A DNA stretch of 32,000 bases, taken from assembly GCF_002945325.1 (NCBI RefSeq), contig NZ_CP026606.1, positions 510,001-542,000 on the forward strand. The letters are read 5' to 3'. This document shows positions 27,103-32,000 of this stretch, one piece after another. A model generated the notes under the pieces. That model searched no databases. It saw nothing but the letters and a program-made list of their open reading frames with translations, and had not been told where the DNA came from. Position 1 is the first letter of the stretch; each line of letters opens with the position of its first letter. The DNA is from Methanococcus maripaludis (GTDB lineage: Archaea; AGJL01; Methanococci; Methanococcales; Methanococcaceae). The position numbers were made by a program, and so were the translations under genes.

Positions 27103-28719
27103 TTAGTTGCCGCTTGCAACTTCGATTATTGATCTTCTTCCTCTTCTTTCGTTCTTGAATGAATCAAGAATTATTTCTGCATCGCTTGAAGATACAGTTA
27201 CAAAGGAAAATTTCTCAAATACTTTTACATCGTCGATGTCTCTTCCTTTAACATCGGATTTTCTTGAAATGTGATCCACTAATTTTTTAGGGTTCATTTT
27301 ATCAAGTTTACCTAAAGCTACAAAGAGTCTTACGTTTTCACCAGGTGCGAAAGATCTTCTTCCTCTGCTGTCATTTCTTCCAGATCTTTCAGATCTTTGT
27401 GAACCTCTTCCAATTTTTTTGTAGTTTGATTCACTTAATTCATCTTTTAAAGCATATTTTAAAACTGCTGAAAGAACTTCTTGAGGATCTGCATCTTCTA
27501 ATAAATCAGAAGCCATTTTTTCGCAATCAGCGTATTTTCCAGATTCTAAAACTTCTTTTATTCCGGAAATGATTTTTATTTTTTTAGCACTGATTATATC
27601 TTTAACATCAGGAACTTCTTCTCTTTTAATTTCAGTTTTTGCAATTTTTTGGATGTATTTAAACTTCCTAAATTCTGAAGGTTCAACAAATGTAATTGCA
27701 TAACCTTGTTTTCCAGCTCGGCCTGTTCTTCCAATTCTGTGGACGTATGATTCAGGATTTTGTGGAATATCAAAGTTTACAACGTGTGTTAAATCGTTGA
27801 TATCAATTCCTCTTGCTGCAACATCAGTTGCTACGAGAACGTTGATTTTCTTTCCTTTAAATTTGTCGAGTGTTTTTTCTCTTTGAGCTTGGGTCATGTC
27901 CCCGTGAAGACCTTCTGCAGCATACCCTTTCTCATTCAATCTGTTTGCAACTTCGTCAACGTCTGCTTTTGTTTTACAGAAAATTAAACCGTAAAATTCT
28001 TTTTCCGTGTCAATGATTCTTGAAAGTAATTCAAATTTATCTCTTGAGTGAATTTCATAGAATGATTGGTCGGTTAAAGTAGTTGTAAGCTGCTGTCTTT
28101 TAACTTTGATAATGTCGTATTCTCTCATGTAATTTTTAGCAAGTTTCATGATACTATCAGGAAGTGTTGCTGAGAATAAAAGCATTCTTTTGTCAGTGCT
28201 TACTGATTTTAAGATTTCTTCAACATCGTCAATGAATCCCATGTTTAACATTTCGTCAGCTTCATCTAAAACTACATATGAAACGTTTTCAAGTTTTATT
28301 GTTCTTCTTGAGATGTGGTCGAGGATCCTTCCAGGAGTTCCAACAACAATCTGAACTCCTCTTCTTAATTCTCTTATCTGTCTATCAATTGATTGACCGC
28401 CGTATACCGGGAAAACATTCAATCTTTTTGAACCTTTGATTGAATCGATTTCTTCTGCAACTTGTATTGCGAGTTCTCTTGTAGGTGCTAAAATAAGTGC
28501 TTGCGTGTTCCTTGAGTGTTCGTCAATTGTTTCTAAAATAGGAATACCAAATGCTGCGGTTTTTCCAGTACCTGTTTGAGCTTGGCCGACAATATCTCTT
28601 TTTCCTTCAATTAAAATAGGAATTGCTTGTTCCTGAATAGGGGTTGGGTTTGTGAAGCCTTTCTTTTCTAATGCTTCTAATATCTCGTCAGATAGACCTA
28701 AATTTTTAAAACTTTCCAT
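27103..28719 (-). CDS. DEAD-box ATP-dependent RNA helicase with C-terminal DbpA/CsdA-type RNA-binding domain
   Basis: GFTNPTPIQEQAIP, AQTGTGKTAAF, PTRELA, TPGRILDH, VLDEADEML, FSATLP, HRIGRTGRAGK; C-terminal NVRLFVALGKLDKMNPKKLVDHIS...KFSFVTVSSSDAE. Confidence 0.96.
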   Translation of the reverse strand: MESFKNLGLSDEILEALEKKGFTNPTPIQEQAIPILIEGKRDIVGQAQTGTGKTAAFGIPILETIDEHSRNTQALILAPTRELAIQVAEEIDSIKGSKRLNVFPVYGGQSIDRQIRELRRGVQIVVGTPGRILDHISRRTIKLENVSYVVLDEADEMLNMGFIDDVEEILKSVSTDKRMLLFSATLPDSIMKLAKNYMREYDIIKVKRQQLTTTLTDQSFYEIHSRDKFELLSRIIDTEKEFYGLIFCKTKADVDEVANRLNEKGYAAEGLHGDMTQAQREKTLDKFKGKKINVLVATDVAARGIDINDLTHVVNFDIPQNPESYVHRIGRTGRAGKQGYAITFVEPSEFRKFKYIQKIAKTEIKREEVPDVKDIISAKKIKIISGIKEVLESGKYADCEKMASDLLEDADPQEVLSAVLKYALKDELSESNYKKIGRGSQRSERSGRNDSRGRRSFAPGENVRLFVALGKLDKMNPKKLVDHISRKSDVKGRDIDDVKVFEKFSFVTVSSSDAEIILDSFKNERRGRRSIIEVASGN

Positions 28720-28822
28720 AGTATATCCTCTTTTTTGAATTTTACGTCAAAAATGAATGCGAATATAAATTCTGAATAATCTTTTGAAAAAATCATAATT
28801 AATTAAAAAGAGTAAAATAACT

Positions 28823-28937
28823 CCCAAATTATGATTCACGAGGTTGTAGTCAAACCCTCGTAAATCATACGACATGGAGAAATTTGGGCTTTGACTATTA
28901 GTCTTTCCGATCAAAAGGATTTACATTCAATCCATCG
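28823..28937 (-). ncRNA. Structured RNA element, probably in the 5' leader of the DEAD-box helicase mRNA
   Basis: 13-bp stem (28831..28843 with 28856..28868), coaxial 8-bp stem (28823..28830 with 28881..28888), 8-nt loop complementarity (28847..28854 with 28890..28897), further hairpins 28893..28903 and 28908..28937. Confidence 0.6.
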
Positions 28938-29831
28938 CCAACTAGTAGTAATACTGTATACTCCTATATCAAGTTATGCCTCGAAATGAACTATAACTAA
29001 TAAAAATAGAAATTAAAACAATTTATTTAATGTCAAAAAAAGTCTCAAAAATAATAGATAAATGATCAGCCACAAGCCCCCCGAAATGTGGCTAACCAAA
29101 AATTATATAATTCAATATATTTATCCCCCAAAAATACTATAACACCGTGTTTATCCGATTCCTTTAGATTAACCCCAAAATTTTCAAGTTATTCATTTTG
29201 TAATGTTGTTACATAACGTTTAACTAGATAACTACTCCAAACTATATTCTCTCTATAGGGCAATATATAGGTTATGCTAGGAAAATATCGCCTTTATGAA
29301 AAATTCTACTAATTTGTAATAATATTTTATTAAACATACATAAAAAAATAATACAATATTGAACTTTATAATTTATACATCAAAATCCAATTTTAAACTG
29401 TTTTTTAACCAAAATATGGATGATATCATCTTTTTTAAAAATTTTATAAAAGTAATATCTATTTTTTAGAAATTAAAATTAGGATAAAACTTTTTTTCGT
29501 CAAATTTACCCGATAATCTCAGGATTGCCGCTTAAAAAAGCTCTTTTTTGATTTTTAAAATAATTTTTTAACAACTAACAATTTACCTAAATTGTTAGTT
29601 TAAAATATTCGGACAAAATACCCCATTTATAGAATCTATTTAACTATATAAATAAATATTTTAATATTTAGATAAATAATTAAATAAAACCATATGTAAA
29701 AATATTTAAATATATAAAATGACATATATAACCAAAAACGGTTAAAACAGGCTAAATAAATATATAAAGAATGAAAACAATATTAAAAGAATAATTAAGA
29801 AAATTTAAGAACTTAAACTTATGTTGGTAAT

Positions 29832-30380
29832 ATGACAAGGCACTATTGCAAAGACTGGCTTACAAAAGACGAGTTAAAACTATTTATCGATACGGTAGAC
29901 TCAAAAGAACACAAACTGTTCTTTAAAATGCTCTATGGAATGGCACTCAGGGTCTCAGAACTCTTAACAATTGAAGTAAAAAACATAAATTTAAACGAAG
30001 GCGTTTGTAAATTACTGGACACTAAAACTGAAAACTTCCAAATCTGCGTTATTCCAGAGTGGTTAAATGAAGATATTTTCGGACATATCGTCGATAACAA
30101 TTTAAAAGATGATGACAGACTTTTTAAGTTTAAAAACCGGACATACGCGTGGGAACTCGTTAAAAAGTATACTAAAGATGCTAAAATCCATAAAGAATTT
30201 TCAACACACACATTTAGAAGAAGTAGGGCCCTACACCTGTTAAATGACGGAGTTCCGCTTGAAAAAGTGAGTAAATATTTACGACACAAGTCAATAAACA
30301 CCACTATGCACTATCTGAAAATTACCGTTGACGACATTAAAAAGGAACTTGTAAAAATTGGAGACTGGTACGACCTTTAA
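29832..30380 (+). CDS. Tyrosine recombinase/integrase, catalytic domain only
   Basis: MLYGMALRVSELLTI (Arg I), HTFRRSRA (HxxR), YLRHKSINTT (His/Arg region), MHYLK (Tyr nucleophile); 182 aa with no core-binding domain. Confidence 0.85.
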   Translation: MTRHYCKDWLTKDELKLFIDTVDSKEHKLFFKMLYGMALRVSELLTIEVKNINLNEGVCKLLDTKTENFQICVIPEWLNEDIFGHIVDNNLKDDDRLFKFKNRTYAWELVKKYTKDAKIHKEFSTHTFRRSRALHLLNDGVPLEKVSKYLRHKSINTTMHYLKITVDDIKKELVKIGDWYDL

Positions 30381-30471
30381 CCAGATTTTAAATGTTTTTC
30401 GGACAAGTTTATAAATTAAATAAGTATTTTTACCATAAAGTTTAAACTTAGTATAATTTCAAATAGATGTT

Positions 30472-31230
30472 GTGAGTAAAACTATGAAAAAGATATGTTT
30501 TGTAATGACAATCGTACTGATTTTAGCAATTTCGGCATGTATTTCACTCCCGTCTGAAAAAATGACTATTGAAAATGGAACATTAACTGTAGGAGTATTC
30601 AAACATGCTCCCCCTGCCGTTTATGAGCAGAATGGAGAACTGATAGGATTTGAAGTTGATTTAATTTCAGAAATTGCAAAAAGAATGAATTTAAATGTTA
30701 AATTTAAAGAATACATGTTTTCTAACCTTTTAAATGCTGTAGCAAATAATGAAATCGATTGTGCAATATCGGACATTTCAATATCTCCTGAAAGGGAAAA
30801 AATAGTGAGTTTTACAAGGGCCTATTCGCATACCGAACTGGTAGTACTGGTTAGAAAAGAAAGTGGCATCCAAACAATCACTGATTTAAATGGTAAAAAA
30901 ATTGGTGTTGTTGATTAGACAATACACGAAACTAAGGCAAAAAGTCTTCAAAAAAGTATGGATTTTGAAATAGTTGAATATGATACCCCGATAGAACTGT
31001 ATAACGATTTAAATAACGGAAAAATTGATGCAACCATATCTGAAATGGATAATTTTAAAGTTTCAAGTTATATGAATCAGTTAGACCTAATTGATACTTT
31101 AGAAATTCTTTATTCAGGAATTGCAGTAAATAAAGACAATAAAGAATTATTGCATGAAATGGACAGAATATTACTCGAACTGGAAACAGAAGGATACATT
31201 GAAGAATTAAAACAGGAATGGTCAAATTAA
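30472..31230 (+). pseudogene. Extracellular solute-binding lipoprotein (family 3-like), interrupted by in-frame TAG at 30916..30918
   Basis: Lipobox-like LAISACIS, then GTLTVGVFKHAPPAVYEQNGELIGFEVDLISEIAKRMNLNVKF...GKKIGVVD*TIHETKAKSLQKSMDFEIVEYDTPIELYNDLNNGKIDATISE. Both halves are in the same frame. Confidence 0.85.
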
Positions 31231-31345
31231 TAATGTATTTTAAATACTTTTTTAAATAATACTAGTTACTGGTTAATAAGAATAAAACTCTACTTTTTTA
31301 CCGATAAAACAAAATTTAAACGGATAAATTTAAAGATGATAACAA

Positions 31346-31867
31346 ATGTCTGAAAAATACAAAACATACCATACTTCAAAATATTTATCAAAGGAAGACG
31401 TGGAAAAGTTAATAAAAGACGGTGTTGACGAAGTTACAATGCCAAAATCAATATATGAATACATGGAAAAGAAAAACAAAGGCGCATTAAATCGTCTTTT
31501 GATTTTTGGGGTCGATGTATCAATTACAGATCAGGTTGGACGGCCGAAAAAAGTTGAAGGAGATATAAAGAAAAAAATCATTGAAGAAATTATCAATGGA
31601 AAAAGCATTCGAAAAGTTGCTGAAGAATACGACCTGAAGAAATCAACCATCTGGGACAATATCAAAGACGATATGGCAAAAATCAAACAGGAAAAATTTA
31701 GAAAAATGATTTACGATTATAAAGAGCTTTTAATCGAAAAAGAAAGATATACTGAGTATATAGAAACACTTTTCTGTGAACTTGACATGAATATTTCAAA
31801 CGACAATTTAAAAGAAGCCGAAAAAATACTCCTAAAAATTATAGAATATTCTAAAAGAAAAGATTAA
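31346..31867 (+). CDS. Helix-turn-helix protein (resolvase-type HTH)
   Basis: GRPKKVEGDIKKKIIEEIINGKSIRKVAEEYDLKKSTIWDNIKDDM. Confidence 0.65.
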   Translation: MSEKYKTYHTSKYLSKEDVEKLIKDGVDEVTMPKSIYEYMEKKNKGALNRLLIFGVDVSITDQVGRPKKVEGDIKKKIIEEIINGKSIRKVAEEYDLKKSTIWDNIKDDMAKIKQEKFRKMIYDYKELLIEKERYTEYIETLFCELDMNISNDNLKEAEKILLKIIEYSKRKD

Positions 31868-32000
31868 TTTTTTTAATAAACTACATCGGCTATTTTTTTA
31901 AATATTTTAAATTATCCTATATAATTAACTCATCAAAACAGTATTAATAAGTAAATATCCATAATATAATACATCAGATGCGGAGGGGAAATTTTTGCAA

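Noticed and set aside
30916-30918. TAG read as pyrrolysine
   Set aside because: Pyrrolysine is not expected in Methanococcales or in this type of binding protein; no pyl genes or PYLIS-like element seen here.

Overview
AT-rich archaeal accessory region, most like Methanococcales: GGTGA/GGAGGTGA-type ribosome-binding sites, a TBP gene and an archaeal-style tRNA-Ser. From left to right it carries: (1) a MACPF pore-former fragment with a C-terminal three-repeat MABP-like domain, followed directly by a CdtB-like (cytolethal distending toxin nuclease) gene; (2) a Type I restriction-modification locus (hsdM-hsdR-hsdS) with an upstream PD-(D/E)XK-like/DUF5655-like gene that shares a duplicated palindromic promoter block, plus a convergent EVE-domain gene; (3) a divergent second-type TBP; (4) a bacterial-type PI-PLC gene with three 52-aa C-terminal repeats, then a P47/TULIP-like gene. 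Each of the genes in (4) is preceded by the same 210-bp sequence (209/210 identical); (5) decayed toxin-antitoxin remnants and small membrane/DUF3892-like proteins; (6) a membrane-protein cluster divergent from a large P-loop NTPase-TPR (STAND-like) gene, and a wHTH-unknown-wHTH set; (7) tRNA-Ser(GCU), a PaaK/ANL-like adenylating enzyme, a DEAD-box helicase with a strongly structured 5' leader containing a possible pseudoknot, a catalytic-domain-only tyrosine recombinase, and a solute-binding lipoprotein gene broken by an in-frame TAG. The strongest candidate for an undescribed system is the group of exotoxin-like genes (MACPF-MABP + CdtB, PI-PLC, P47/TULIP) in an archaeon. The genes with visible N-termini lack classical signal peptides, and two of them sit in what look like interchangeable cassettes behind an identical leader. 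All family assignments are by motif recognition, without database searches.
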